A DNA stretch of 56,117 nt from Octopus bimaculoides. Taxonomy: Eukaryota. The notes under the pieces are model-generated. The model was given only the letters and a program-made list of their open reading frames with translations. It was not told the origin of the DNA and did no database searches. Each line of letters starts with the position of its first letter. The first letter of the stretch is position 1. The position numbers and the translations under genes were made by a program. The DNA lies in the NCBI RefSeq assembly GCF_001194135.2, contig NC_068985.1:83193707-83249823 (forward strand), read 5' to 3'. Of the stretch, positions 39,273 to 52,039 are shown piece after piece.

Positions 39273-41593
39273 TATATGTATGTATGTATTTATGTATGTA
39301 TGTATGTATGTGTGTATGTATGTATAACACAGTGATGTGTTATTTAATTATATATCATAACGATAAGATATTAATTATATTTCACAGAGATATTATATCG
39401 ATCACATTTCCCCATAATTTAACTAACACTAATTACATTACCCAATAATATATTACAGATATATTAATTACATTACACTGATATCAAATATTATATTATG
39501 CAAAGTTATTAGTCATACAGTGATGTGATATTATTTATAATTTCTCATAATATAATACTAATTATATGACATAATATATTATTTTCACTGTGATAGATTA
39601 AGTTATGTTAAACAGTAATATGATCTTTGTCATGTTACTCAGTGATACACATTAATTATAATTCTATATAATTTAATAATATACTGTTACATACAATTAT
39701 TTCACACAATGATATGATATAAATTATATTATGTCATACTATATATTAAGTATATAAAATAATAATATGATACTGATTATGTTATTGAAAAAAATATTAT
39801 TAATTATAAATATGATATTAATAATAAATTTATGACATATCAAATATATTATATAAGGAAGTGAACTGGCAAAATTGCTTGAGTGCTGGATAGAAAGCAT
39901 TGTGATATTCCAGTTCTTTGTATTTTAAGTTCAAATCTTCAAATCGCACAGAGACCAACTTTTCATTTCACCCATTTGAAATCGATAAATAAAGTACCAG
40001 TGTACTATTTGGAGCCATGCTTCTCCCACTTTTTCTTTTTCCCCCAAATTGTATCTGTAATTCAAAAGTGTAGCTTTGTTGTCTTGTATCATGCTGATTG
40101 GGCCTGAGAATTGCATTAAGGTTATTGATGTTTTTGGAATACTCAGCCATTTACATGTTAATCTCATGAGTAGGAATTCAGTTAGTTGAACAACTAACCG
40201 AAAGCTATTCTTTGAAACTGATAGAAAATCAGTATTATTCAGAGATATAACATAAGTCATTAGGTTAATTATGCTTACAATTATATGTTAATTATGGAGC
40301 ATAATTACCATTAACTATACAGATAATGCATTATCATAACCATGATTATGAATTATCTTCTCAAATGGATTAGAGGTATTTCCCTAGCAATATCTCTAAT
40401 CTGTTCTCACTCTCTCTCCTAAAGTTGAGTAACCATGTAGCTTCTCTACAAGAACCTGTTCTATTCCAACCTCCACTCTCATACCTTAACCCCAATCTAA
40501 CATACAGAGATAACATCTTCCTTCCCTGGGGCTATTGATTTGTGAGTTACATGGTAACCTCAATTGTACCAGTGTTATGAAAATAGCAACCTGTACACAT
40601 GGTAAAGTGGTTGGCATTAGGAAGGGCATGCAGCCACAGAAACCATGCCAAAGCAGACACAAGAGTACAATGCAGTCCTTGGGTCACTGGATCCTTGCCA
40701 AACCATTCAACCCATGCCAGCATGAAACACGGATTTCAAATGCTGCCACTGCTGCTGTTGATGATGATGATGATGATAATGATGATAATGCACTTCAGAA
40801 TAAACCTACAGATATCAGCAATCACTGAATATGTAAATTAAACTTAATTTTAGATTTAGCTAATGTTGTCCTAGAGAAACAAAAATATGGGATAGTTACT
40901 TTCTGAATGCTTATGATAATAAATGCCCTCTATCAGAGCTGACTTAGTGCTAAACTACATAAATGACAATAAAAAGTATGGCATTTTACTGGAGAAAAAG
41001 CAGTGCTATCTAAACTAATTTAGCTTCCTTAATTATCAGAATTATTAGAATTGATTGATGGTCTCATTCCCTTTTGAAGTTGGCTGCCACAGCTTTACAG
41101 CTGGATCAGTGCACTATTTCCTGTAGAAAGTTTATCTGAAACTGAGAGAACAGAAAAAAGTCACCAAGGAGATAGAATAGCAGCTGAAACCAGCTTAAGG
41201 TGGTCATGGTTGATAAGGGACCTCAAGTGGAACCCTTCTGCAAGCAAAAACTAATTTAGTCCTCAATGTCCTGCTCAGGCAAAGCAAGTAAGTTAAGAGA
41301 TAAAATGCTTGTGAACCTAAAACTATGTGCTTGGGAAGAGAACATTTCAACCATACAGCCATGCCTATATAGTCATGTTGTATTCTAGCCCTGTGTCCTT
41401 CAGAAACGTTCTAGCCATAACCATGCCATTATTTAATACATCTAAGACTGCCTGATATCAATATATCTATTCTGTACTTCATTGGTATATATATCATCAT
41501 CATCATCATTTAATGTCTGTTATATGCATATGTATATACGTGTGTGTGTGTAGAATATGAAGAAAGTCAGGAGGTATGAGATGAATATATTTA

Positions 41594-42844
41594 TTGGGTC
41601 ATCCCATAAATAAGGCCGTTTTTTCAATTGCATGAACTAAGAGTCAGAAGGGGACAGGATAAACTACCTGCATCAACTTGCTATAAAAGCAGGTAGTAAT
41701 TTCACCTTGTCCTTATTCTTAGTGAAAGTTTTGGAGAGTGCAGTTTGATTTTAACAGTTATTTTTTCAAATCTATAATGGAAGTGATAAAGATGTATATT
41801 CAGCATATTTTGCTTCATGAAGGCAACAGAAAGTGTGAGGAATATTAATGCAGTATATGGGGATCGGACAATAAGCATAAGCCAGTGTCAACAATGGTTC
41901 TAGAAATTCCAAGCCGGAAACTGCAGCCTAGAAGATGAGCCTCATCCTGGTAGATCTGTAGAGCTTGATGAGGATGACCTGCCTGTGAACCCTTGTGGAA
42001 CAAAATCAAATTGTAACTGTTGGGGAACCAGCAGATAAGCTTGGATTTGATAATTCAACCATTCATCGACTCATGTGTGCCATCAGTAAAGTCAAACTTT
42101 CTGTATCTAATTGCTCGTAGAAAGTGAATGTGTGCTCTTCTTTGCTGTCATGTCTCAGGAATGAACCATTTTTGGACCGAATAGTGACTGGTGATGAGAA
42201 ATGGGTTCTCTATAAAACTGTCAAGCACTGAAGACAGTGGGTAGGGAAAGGAGAAACACCGGCACTCTATGCTAAGGAAATTTTTCACCCACGTGAGGTG
42301 TTGTTATCTGTATGGTGGGATATTAAAGGTTTAGTCCACTTTGAACTTTAAAATCCAAACTAAACAATAACAAAGGAGATATACTGTGAGCAGCGTCAGC
42401 AGCTTAAGTCAGCACTAGAAGAAAAACAACTACCTTTGGTTTCTAGATGAAAGGAATTCTTCCATCAGGATAATATTCGGCCACATACAGTGAGGATGAT
42501 ATTTCAAAGGTTGGAGTAGTTTGAATGGGAAACGATGCCCCACCCATTCATATTTGCTGGACATTGCCCCATCTAATTATCATTAATTCTGCAGTATTCA
42601 AAATCATTTGGACGGAAAAAATATGAATTCTGTAGACGAGGTCAGAACAGTAGTGGAGGAGTATTTTTCATCATGAACAAGTGAATTTTGGAAGAGGAGC
42701 CTTGCAAGTCTATCAGATAGATGGAAGTGGATTGTAGAAAATGAAGGAGAGTATATTTTAGATTAAAAGAAGAATCTTGTTTATCTTAATTTTGAAAAAT
42801 AAAAGAAGTATAAATAAAACTGCATTATTTTTGGGAAGACCCAA
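41594..42844 (+). mobile_element. Full-length (1251 bp) defective mariner (Tc1/mariner, DD34D type)
   Basis: TIRs TTGGGTCATCCCATAAATAA / TTATTTTTGGGAAGACCCAA with TA on both sides. Transposase relics QCQQWF*KFQAGNCSLEDEPHPGRS, IVTGDEKWVLY (42181), HQDNIRPHT, PHP-Y--DIAPSNYH; many stops and frameshifts. Confidence 0.95.
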
Positions 42845-43265
42845 TATTTCATCAATTGATATCCGTTTGATGGCATTTGTATTGCAGCCAACATCATGCA
42901 AAAATGATTTATTTTAGTGCATAATAAATTATTTTACATGTCTGCACTAGTGCGTATGCTATAAATTGCATAGTACTATTGTACATTTTACAAACCTATT
43001 GAGATATAGAAGACTAGCTCATCAGATCAATAGAATATCATGGTTACATCCATTTTTCAACTCCTATATCCATTTGCAAAAAAAAAAATCCTCTTAAGAT
43101 GAAATGGAAATGTGTGTGTCGGGGGTGGGGGAGTGATATTTGGCTACTATTTCTAGCAGGTTTATTAACTCCCTATTTTAGTACTTCCCTGGTCAGTGGA
43201 AGTACTAAAATTTAAGGAAACTACTAACTGATTTTCCCCTGTCAACAAGAGGCACAAGGCTAGAC

Positions 43266-43855
43266 CAGTGATTCTCAACTGGGGTTCCTATGGCCCTTGA
43301 CAGTCCATATGAGATCTTGTTCAAATTTATGTGCAATAAATAGCCTATACTTTTACAATACACAAAAACATCAGCAGCACCATCATCACTTAGCGTTTGT
43401 TTTCCTTGCTAAGACAGTTTGACTAGGATGGCAAGCCAGAAAGCTATACCAGGCTCCAGTCTGTTTTAGCTTGATTTCTACAGTTGGATGTCCTTCCTAA
43501 CATTAACCACTCCACAGAGTGTACTCAGTGCTTTTTACATGTTCCTGGCATATGTACCATTTTTGTTCATCACAGGCATGGGTACCTTTTAGGTGTCACC
43601 GTCACTGGTCACAACTACGATTTCACTTAGCTTGATGTGTCTTTCCAAGCACAGCAAATCGCCAAATGTCTCAGTCACTTGTCATCGCCTCTGTGGGGCT
43701 CAACATCTGAAGATCATACTTCACTACACAATTTCTTATAATTTTTCATTACAAGAATAAAATATAATGTAAACATTGAGTGGCTAGGAAAATCCATCTG
43801 ATTAAAATAGGAATCAAAAAGGGTCCGTAGGAAAAATATTGTTGAGAACCCCCTG
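43266..43855. mobile_element. hAT (Charlie-like) MITE containing a SINE C insertion (about 43370-43730)
   Basis: TIRs CAGTGATTCTCAAC / GTTGAGAACCCCCTG; 8-bp flanks GGCTAGAC / GATTAGAC (6 of 8 match, close to the NTCTAGAN target). Confidence 0.8.
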
Positions 43856-44022
43856 GATTAGACTAACAAAAGGTGAGGAAATGTTGATGGTGAGTCTTGC
43901 TAATAGTCTATGAAGATAGTGTTTAGCAGAATCAGAATGCCATACAATAACTAACTTTTGTTCTGAGTTCAAATGACACAAGAGGTGACTTTGGTTAGGT
44001 TTGCCTTTCATTTATAAGTCAT

Positions 44023-44307
44023 GAGCTGAGGCATGTGGCTTAGTGGTTAGGGTGTTGGATTCATAATTGTAAGATTGTGGTTTGATTCCTGGACTGGGCA
44101 AAGCATTTCATTTCACACTGCTCTGCGATCATTTTGACATCTGATATGTGGCACCCAGTTGCAACTGTACAGGTAATCACTATCTGATGGAGCGAGTGAG
44201 CTTATGTCTATACAAACATTTGATCACTATAAACAAATCATCTGTGTGGTTCTTTTGTAAGACATTGTTGAACCCTAATACGTCGTCTTACGATGGGAGA
44301 GTCCGTC

Positions 44308-44310
<3 letters not shown>
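44023..44310 (+). mobile_element. SINE with family-D-like tRNA head and a different body
   Basis: GGCTTAGTGGTTAGGGTGTTGGATTCATAATTGTAAGATTGTGGTTTGATTCC head (A/B-box-like). Confidence 0.7.
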
Positions 44311-44347
<37 letters not shown>

Positions 44348-44353
44348 CTAGAT

Positions 44354-44432
44354 CAGTGGTTCTCATCTAGGGTCCATATAAAATTTCATTGCTAAAATTT
44401 ATGTGCAACAAATTGGTTATACTTCTACAATG
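44354..44432 (+). mobile_element. Left end of a second hAT MITE copy
   Basis: TTCTAGAT then CAGTGGTTCTCA; continues like the 43266 copy (AAATTTATGTGCAA). Confidence 0.7.
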
Positions 44433-44441
44433 AACAAAGTG

Positions 44442-44700
44442 GAGGCACATGACTTAGTAGTTAGAGTGTTGGACTCATGATTGTAAGATTGTCGTTTCGA
44501 TTCCTGGACTGGGTGATGCACTGTGTTCTTGAACAACACACTTCATTTCGCAATCTTTCAGTTCAGTCACTTGGTAAAAATTAGTGACCCAGTGATGGAT
44601 CAGTGTCCTATCCAGGCGGGGAATTTATAAGCCATGGAAGCCAGGAAACCAAGCCTTATGAGTCAGCATGACTCATGAAAGTAACCTAACTTTATATGAG
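44442..44700 (+). mobile_element. SINE family D
   Basis: tRNA-like head plus TGTGTTCTTGAACAACACACTT box. Confidence 0.78.
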
Positions 44701-46509
44701 CTGAGGCTGTGGATGAGTGCTCATTAAACAAGTACCAGTCATATACTGAGATGGGTTGATTAAATTGATAACACACGTGTTGTAGAATCTTTTATCTTTT
44801 CACTGGTGCAAAGAAATCATTATCTTTACGTAAGAGTTTATAGATTTATTGTTTGTCTGTTTCTAGTTTCTGTTTTGTGGTTTTTATTTTTGTTTTTCGT
44901 TTTGTCATGATAATTTTGTCTGACTTCACTTAACATAATTTTTAAAGGATTGCCTTAAAGAAAGAAAACCAAAAAAAAGATAAAGAAAAAGGAAACGAAA
45001 TGCAATACAATGAATAAAAACAGGAAAAAAAACAAGGAGAAATATACAGAAAAATCAATAGAAAAGACTAACAACAACAACAACAACAACAGCAATAATA
45101 ATAACGCTAACAACAATACAGTTTCTAACTCTTAAGTATGGAGCATAGATTAGATTTAAATGAAATGGTTCAACTACTGCTAGGAGGAATTCCAACAAGA
45201 GCAAAGGTAAACCAATGCAATATATTCAAGAGATGGCTTTCTCTCTTTCTCTCTCCCTTCGCTCACCTCTCTCTCTCTCTCTCACTGCCTAAATTTCTGC
45301 ATCTCTGTTTCTCTCTTCTTTCAATTCCCTTAGATATTGACATCCGACATCCAATTTACTTATAAACTACAAAACACATTTCAGGTTTTGGTTGCAAGTT
45401 CTTAACGGTTGTTGCTAGAATTAAAACAGTTGTTTCGTAAGTAATTTGATTACAAAGAACCTAGACCAAAGTAAGTGGTTAAAATGTACAAAAGTGCTGA
45501 GCTTAAAGCTGATTAGCGGAAGAAAACTGATGAGGCATACTGCAATGTTTTTCCTTCTTTCTTTCTTCTCTCTTCTACCTCTGCCTCGTCATCTTCTACC
45601 TTCCCTTTCTCTTGTCCTTCTAAATAACCACCACCTCCACCACCACTATCACCAACGAAATTGACATCATCATCATCATCATCATTGTTGTCATCGTCAT
45701 TGCTATCATTACCAACCGAGCTATACATTTCAGATTTTGGGAAATGCGACCTTTTATTAAATGAGAAGAAATAACACCAAAAATAAACAGGTAGATGGAT
45801 TAAAGATGAAAATAAATTCTAAAAGAAAACAACAACGTAAAAACAAACAAACAACTTACAACCCATGAATAAAATAAATAAATGAATAAATACGTAAATA
45901 AATATATAAATAAATATATAAATGGTTTCTGCTGTTGTCTTGATATGAAACAGGATTGCTTTTTCTTTAGAAAGGATTTCAAAAGAATGGGTTGGAACAA
46001 ATACCCTGAAAGCACCAAGAATTTGTTTTGAAAATGTAATTATCTCATTTAAGACTAGCGTTCATTAAGATGTCTCTAGCAATGGCAATCACTGCCTGAT
46101 TTGATCGAACTGATTACGAATAAGATATATATCCTCTTCTCATCAGAGAACATAACAATGTTTCTAACTTTTAAGTGCTCAATTTGGAAGATTTAATGTA
46201 TTAAAAACTTTGTAATTAGCTTTAGACTTTCCTCAAATCTCCACTCTGTTTTTCTTATGTCTAAAGGTTACTTGGATGTTTTGGTCTTGCCATTTGGCAG
46301 GTTGCTGTCTTCTTTCTGTTCTGGTATTTATAAATGGATAAATAAGTGAATAATAAATAAATAAATAGATAGATAAATAGAAAGCAAAGTGTTACCACAA
46401 TAGCAGCTAGAGTCTATGAGGAAATGAATTTATATTATTTCCAATACTGATGTACAAGAAATTTCAGTGACCAATTCTTTGTTGACACAATATTGCTAAT
46501 AATAATAAT

Positions 46510-46728
46510 AATAATCTTCTCCACTATAGGCACAAGGCCTGACATTTTTGGTAAGTGGGATAGTTAATTACATCGACCCCAGTGCTCAGCTAGTACTCAT
46601 TTTATCAACCCCAAAAGGATGAAAAGCAAAGTCAACTTTGGCCGTATTTGAACTCAGAACATAGCAACAGACAAAATACCACTAAGTATTTTGCCCAGCG
46701 TGCTAGTGATTCTGCCAGCTTGCCACCC

Positions 46729-46775
<47 letters not shown>

Positions 46776-46975
46776 GTTTCAAATTTTGGCACAAGGCCAG
46801 CAATTTCTGGGGGTGGGAGGGCTAAGTCGATTACTTTGACCTCCAAGACTCAATTGGTATTTAATTTATTGATCCCCAAAAGGATGAAATAATAGCAATA
46901 ATAATCCTTTCTACTATAGGCACAAGGCCTGAAATTTTAGGGGAGGGGACTAGTCGATTACATCAACCCCAGTAT
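46510..46975. mobile_element. Cluster of SINE family B fragments around an (AAT)n tract
   Basis: GGCACAAGGCC...CCCCAAAAGGATGAAA core repeated three times. Confidence 0.8.
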
Positions 46976-47029
46976 TTCAGTAGCTACTGAAAGAGGCTAT
47001 CAGTTATATCATATGTATGCATGTATTTA

Positions 47030-47936
47030 TGAGGTGATATCAGAAAGTTCCAGGACTAGTTATGTTTAATATAAAATAACTTATTTACCCAAGTTTTAAC
47101 ATCATTTCCTTCAAAATAGTCACTTTGTACAGCAATTCACCAGCCCCAGCATTCCTGCCACTTTTTGAATCCAGCCTGGAAGTCATTTTCTACAAGCGAG
47201 TCAAGGGCCTTCTGCGATTTGCTCTTGATCTCAACAATGGTGTTAAAACAGCAACCTTTGAGTTGCATTTTCATCTTGAGGAAGAGATGGAAGTCTGCCG
47301 GTGCTAGATCTGGCAAATAGGGCAGGTGTGGAAGTGATACCATGTTGTTTTTAGTGAGAAATTCATGAGTGAGGAGAGCTTGGTGACAGGGTGCATTGTC
47401 ATTGTGAAGAATCTAATTCTTCATGCTACACAGATCCAGTTGCTTTCACTAAATGTCCTCCCTCAAATACTTCAAAACATCATTGATTATCTGCCAACGA
47501 TCCTCATGCACAAGCTGACGAATTTTCTCTTCATTTCTGGGGGTGACACTCGTGGGAGGTCTTTCAGATCACTTATCATCTTCCAGGGACATTCTTCTAC
47601 TTTTTAAATGCCCATGCCACTTGAACTATTGTCTACAACCCATTGCCACATTGCCAAAAGCTTGCTGAAGCATGCTCAATGTCTCTGTTAGCAGACTTTC
47701 CAAGTTTAATACAAAATTTCACATTGGGTCTTTGTTCCAACTTCCTGTCTGTGACAAAATTGCAGACTACAACAAACATGTAATCACACAAACACAAATT
47801 TCACAACATGTGAAGTAAACTCAGCAATGTCTCTCAACACAATGCCTCATGAAGGTCACTACTAGCTCTCACTGTGCACACAACTGTGTGTTGGTGCACT
47901 ACAGAACTAACCTGGGAACATTTTGATGCCACCTTG
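47030..47936 (-). mobile_element. Internally deleted mariner (907 bp), a different family from 41594
   Basis: About 30-bp TIRs (TGAGGTGATATCAGAAAGTTCCAGG / CCTGGGAACATTTTGATGCCACCTTG), TA flanks; LHNDNAPCH and LPHLPYLPDLAPADFHLF motifs. Confidence 0.92.
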
Positions 47937-47984
47937 TATGATACAATTATTATTAAATTTGTAGGTAGAGAGCATGATAAAGAA

Positions 47985-48235
47985 AAGTTAAGTTGCCTTC
48001 TCAAGTCATACTGACCCATAAGGACTGCTTTCCTGGTTTTGTGACATATATATTCCTCCATGGATAGGATCTGGTCTGTTTCAGGATTACTCATTTTTTC
48101 CAGTTGAGTAGACTGGAGCAACACGAAATGAAGTGTTTTGCTCAAAAACACAACGCGTCGCCTGGCCCAGGAATCCAAACCAAAATATTATGATCATGAG
48201 ACCAACACCTGAACCACTAGGCCATGCACCCCCAC
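47985..48235 (-). mobile_element. SINE family D
   Basis: Reverse complement of the 44442-type head and box. Confidence 0.78.
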
Positions 48236-48439
48236 CCCACCCACAGAGAGCATTGAGCCAACTTACTTACTGTGTGATACATTGTCCTCTTCATGCCATG
48301 AGAAAAGCAAATTTTCCCAGGTACATTTGTTCTAACTTTAGTCACCTCATCTCATATTACGCCTAATACTGCAATCTGAGCTACTTTTTCCATTTTGAAT
48401 GTGGTTCTAACTCTTCATGTTCTCAGCCAGAGACATCCT

Positions 48440-48760
48440 TTTGGGTAAGATTTCAAGACAGACTCACTGACAAAGCCTTGAAGGAACAGACTAACCAGCA
48501 ACCTATTAAAACCCAGAACAAGAGGAGGAAATGGGATTTGCTAAGATACACCCAACAGAGACTGGTTTCCAACATTACAAGGAAAGCCTTCAGATGGACA
48601 ACCCATAGAAAGTATAAGCAAAACAGACCAAAATCAATTTGGAAACGGCTCAAAGAAACTGAATTACAAGCAGGCAGCTACACCTGGGGACAAAAGCAAT
48701 TCAGTACCAAAGTCTGAGACAGATGAATATTTCTTGTTGGTACTTATGCTCCATATCTAG
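48440..48760 (+). mobile_element. RTE LINE 3' coding remnant
   Basis: QQPIKTQNKRRKWDLLRYT...ITRKAFRWT...QNRPKSIWKR...AGSYTWGQ matches the RTE C-terminal RRKW.WLGH / RGRPK.TW pattern. Confidence 0.8.
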
Positions 48761-48948
48761 CCAAAGGAACTAGTGAACGACAATAATTCTGACTAAGTGT
48801 GTATGGAACAGTACTAGAAGGTCATGAGGCATGAGTTCAAATCCAATACAGATGCTGGTTTATTGTGTTTTTGTGTAGAATATTATATTTTATATTTATG
48901 AATTTGTGTTATAAGATTCCTGATGTGAACTCATGTCTTGAAACAGAT

Positions 48949-49217
48949 ATTGTTATATTTAGAGATGGTCATATTTTTTTTCTTGCCAAATAGACACATG
49001 CACTATACACTCATTCTTCACTTGTTAATTATTGTTCTTATTTTATCTTATGTCCATTGTCTGGAAATCTTTCATCACACATCTGTGATCTCTTCAGTAA
49101 CTATGGAAGAGTCACTGAAGAGGTCCAATGTACCTAAGATAAAATAAGAACAATAATAAACGAGTGAAGAATGAATATATGGCAAGAGAAAAAATGACCA
49201 ACCTTAAATATAACAAT
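48949..49217. mobile_element. Fold-back of two inverted Penelope-like termini with hammerhead-like core
   Basis: About 100-bp imperfect inverted arms. Minus strand CTGAAGA-G-ATCAC AGATGT GTGAT-GAAA-GATTTC. Related single copy at 53700-53920. Confidence 0.65.
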
Positions 49218-49444
49218 TATATTTTATGTTACCTCTTTAATTGATAGTTTCCTTATTAACTGATAATTACATATTGCTACCAAATCAACTTGTCTGTGGT
49301 AGACTGGCATCTTATCCTAGGAGCAGATTTATCTTTCAGCCACTTCACATCATGAAAAATGGAGTAGAATGACATTGTCCTTTAAAAGCCTTTGGAATTT
49401 CAAAGCACAGTAAGGAAGGGCCTCTACATAATACTCTTTATTCT

Positions 49445-49853
49445 TTTACTCTTTTATTTGTTCCAGTCATTTGACTGTTGCCATGCTAGAGCAACGCCTT
49501 TAGTCAAGCAAGTCAACCCCAGGACTTATTCTTTGTAAACCTAGTAGTTATTCTATCGGTCTCTTTGGCTGAACCGCTAAGTTATGGGGGACATAAACAC
49601 ACCAGCATCGGTTGTCAAGCGATATTGGGGAGACAAACATAGACACACAAACATATACACACACATACATATATATAGATGCATATATATGAAGGGATTC
49701 TTTTAGTTTTCCGTCTACCAAATCCACTCACAAGGCTTTGGTCGGCCCGAGGCTATAGTAGAAGACACTTGCCCAAGGTGCCACACAGTGGGACTGAACC
49801 CGGAACGATGTGGTTGGTAAGCAAGCTACTTACGACACAGCTACTCCTGCGCC
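49445..49853 (-). mobile_element. SINE family A, full length
   Basis: Well-preserved reverse copy with CpGs retained. Confidence 0.93.
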
Positions 49854-50245
49854 TAATGTCCATTTTAACACCTAAAAATAATAATTTCTTGGAAAGCAGT
49901 TGATCATACATCTGCTCAAACAGACCTGACTTGGAGCTAAAGAAGAAGAACTAAACAGACTCTCTTGAGATTTATTAGGCAGTTACAAGTCTAAACTATT
50001 GTTGCTGCAACAACTACAGCCTCTCCAACACTACAACAGCAACAACAACATCATTACTGCTACTAGTTCTGTTTCATCAATCTCCTTGTAATAATCCTCC
50101 TTCTCTCCTCCAGCCATCATCATTTTCCTTGTTGTCATTGTTGCTGTCTTCATTGTCATCTTCATCATCATCGTTGTCGTCATCGTCATTCTCCTCTTCA
50201 TCATCACAACCACCACCACCACCACCACCACATTTCTGCTCACTT

Positions 50246-50580
50246 AATGGTTTTGTGTAAAATTACACATGCATACACACACATACATACATACATACAT
50301 ACACACACACACATACATACAAACATACATCCATACATACATACACACACACATACATACATACATACATACATGCATGCATACATACATACATACATGC
50401 ATACATACGTACATGCATACATACGTACATGCATACATACATGCGTACATACATACATACACACATACATACATACAAACATCCATACATACATACATAC
50501 ATACGTTCATACATACATACATGCATACATGCATACATATGTACATACATACATGCATATATTTCATTATGTATGTATAT
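50246..50580 (+). repeat. (CATA)n compound microsatellite
   Basis: Directly visible. Confidence 0.95.
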
Positions 50581-51099
50581 TTACCACAATCTTTTGATTG
50601 CTGGCCATGTCAAAAGAATCTGAAAAAGGAAGAATGAATACAAGGGATAACAACAACAACAACAACTATAACAACAACAACAAAATCAGCAACAGCTTTT
50701 TCTATCATCCCCCACCACCTTAACTACAACCAACCCATAACACCACTGCCATCGCATACCACTATAACTAAGTAGTGCCATCATTACCATCACCACCATC
50801 ATCATCATCATCATCACAATCATCATCATTATCATCATCATAATTAACACTACTATCATTCCCTTCCTGCTCCCTCATCGACCACACCCTGGCCGCTGTT
50901 TTGCTCTTGAGAAAAGCCAAAAGAAAACAAATTTTTTTTTTTTTAAATAAAACAGTCAAAGCAAATATCCCCCCCCCCNNNNNNNNNNNNNNNNNNNNNN
51001 NNNNNNNNNNCCCCCCTCTAAAAATACAACTCTGGATGATTTCTTCTTAAGCAATGATAATCACCCATCAAGTTATTAAGACATTAACTACCCTGGTGA

Positions 51100-52030
51100 G
51101 GGCGGTGGCGATGTTGATGGTGGTGTTGTTGTTGGTGGTGGTGGTGGTACCACCGGTGATGGTGATGGGGGGGGGGGTAGTTATGATATTCTTGACTGGA
51201 ATATTAGCAGTGGTGTTGGATGGTGTGGTGGACGGTACTATTAGTAGCCATGATATCCGTAGTAGTGACTGTTGTTGAGATGTGGATGGTGACAGTGGTG
51301 GCAGTGGCAGCGGTGGTGGTAGTGGTGGTGGTGGTAGTGGTAGTAATGGTGGTAGTGATAGTGGTGGTGGTTGTGGTGGTGGTAGCAGTGAAGAGTTGTA
51401 GGTAGGAAGAGAGTGAGGATGATCAGGATGATATTGGTGGTGGTGGTGGTGGTGGTGATGGTGATGGTGGTGGCGGCGGCGGCCTTTGACACAGAAGTAG
51501 TAGTAATGATGGAGATGCTGGAGGAGGAGTTGTCAGAGGTAAGGTGGTTGTGATAACAATAGTAGTATTAACAGTGGTGATGGTAGTCTGCTGGTGGTGA
51601 TGGTGGTGGTGGGACTTGTTAGTGAGGATGTCAGCGGAGGTGGTGTTTATAGTGTTTGGGGTAACAATCATAGATTTCGTAATAGTTATAATGTTGATGG
51701 TAGTGGTAGTAGTAGTAGTAGTAGTAGTAGTGAAGGTATTGGCGATGGTGGTAGTGGGGATGATGGTACTGATGGCATGTAAGGGTGGAAGCAACAGTGC
51801 TATGTGAATCTGATTGGTGATTGTGTCATGGTGGTGTTAATATTTACAAATGTTGTCAGGATGAGGATTGTAGGTTTTGGTAAGGGTTATAAAGGTGGTG
51901 GCGATGGTGGCAGTGTTGGTGTTGATGGCAATGATGTTGATGGAGGTGGTGGTGGTGGTGGTGGTGGTTTGGTGTTGATGGCAGTGATGCTGATGGAAGT
52001 GATGGTGAATTGTTTGTCGTAAGATGGTGT
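51100..52030 (+). repeat. Degenerate (GGT/GAT/GTA)n trinucleotide low-complexity block
   Basis: Directly visible; source of the poly-V/poly-T/poly-H ORFs. Confidence 0.92.
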
Positions 52031-52039
52031 TGATTGTTA

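Noticed and set aside
44023-44100. tRNA-like sequences here and at other SINE heads
   Set aside because: They are SINE heads with decayed cloverleaves followed by SINE bodies; no intact tRNA gene seen.
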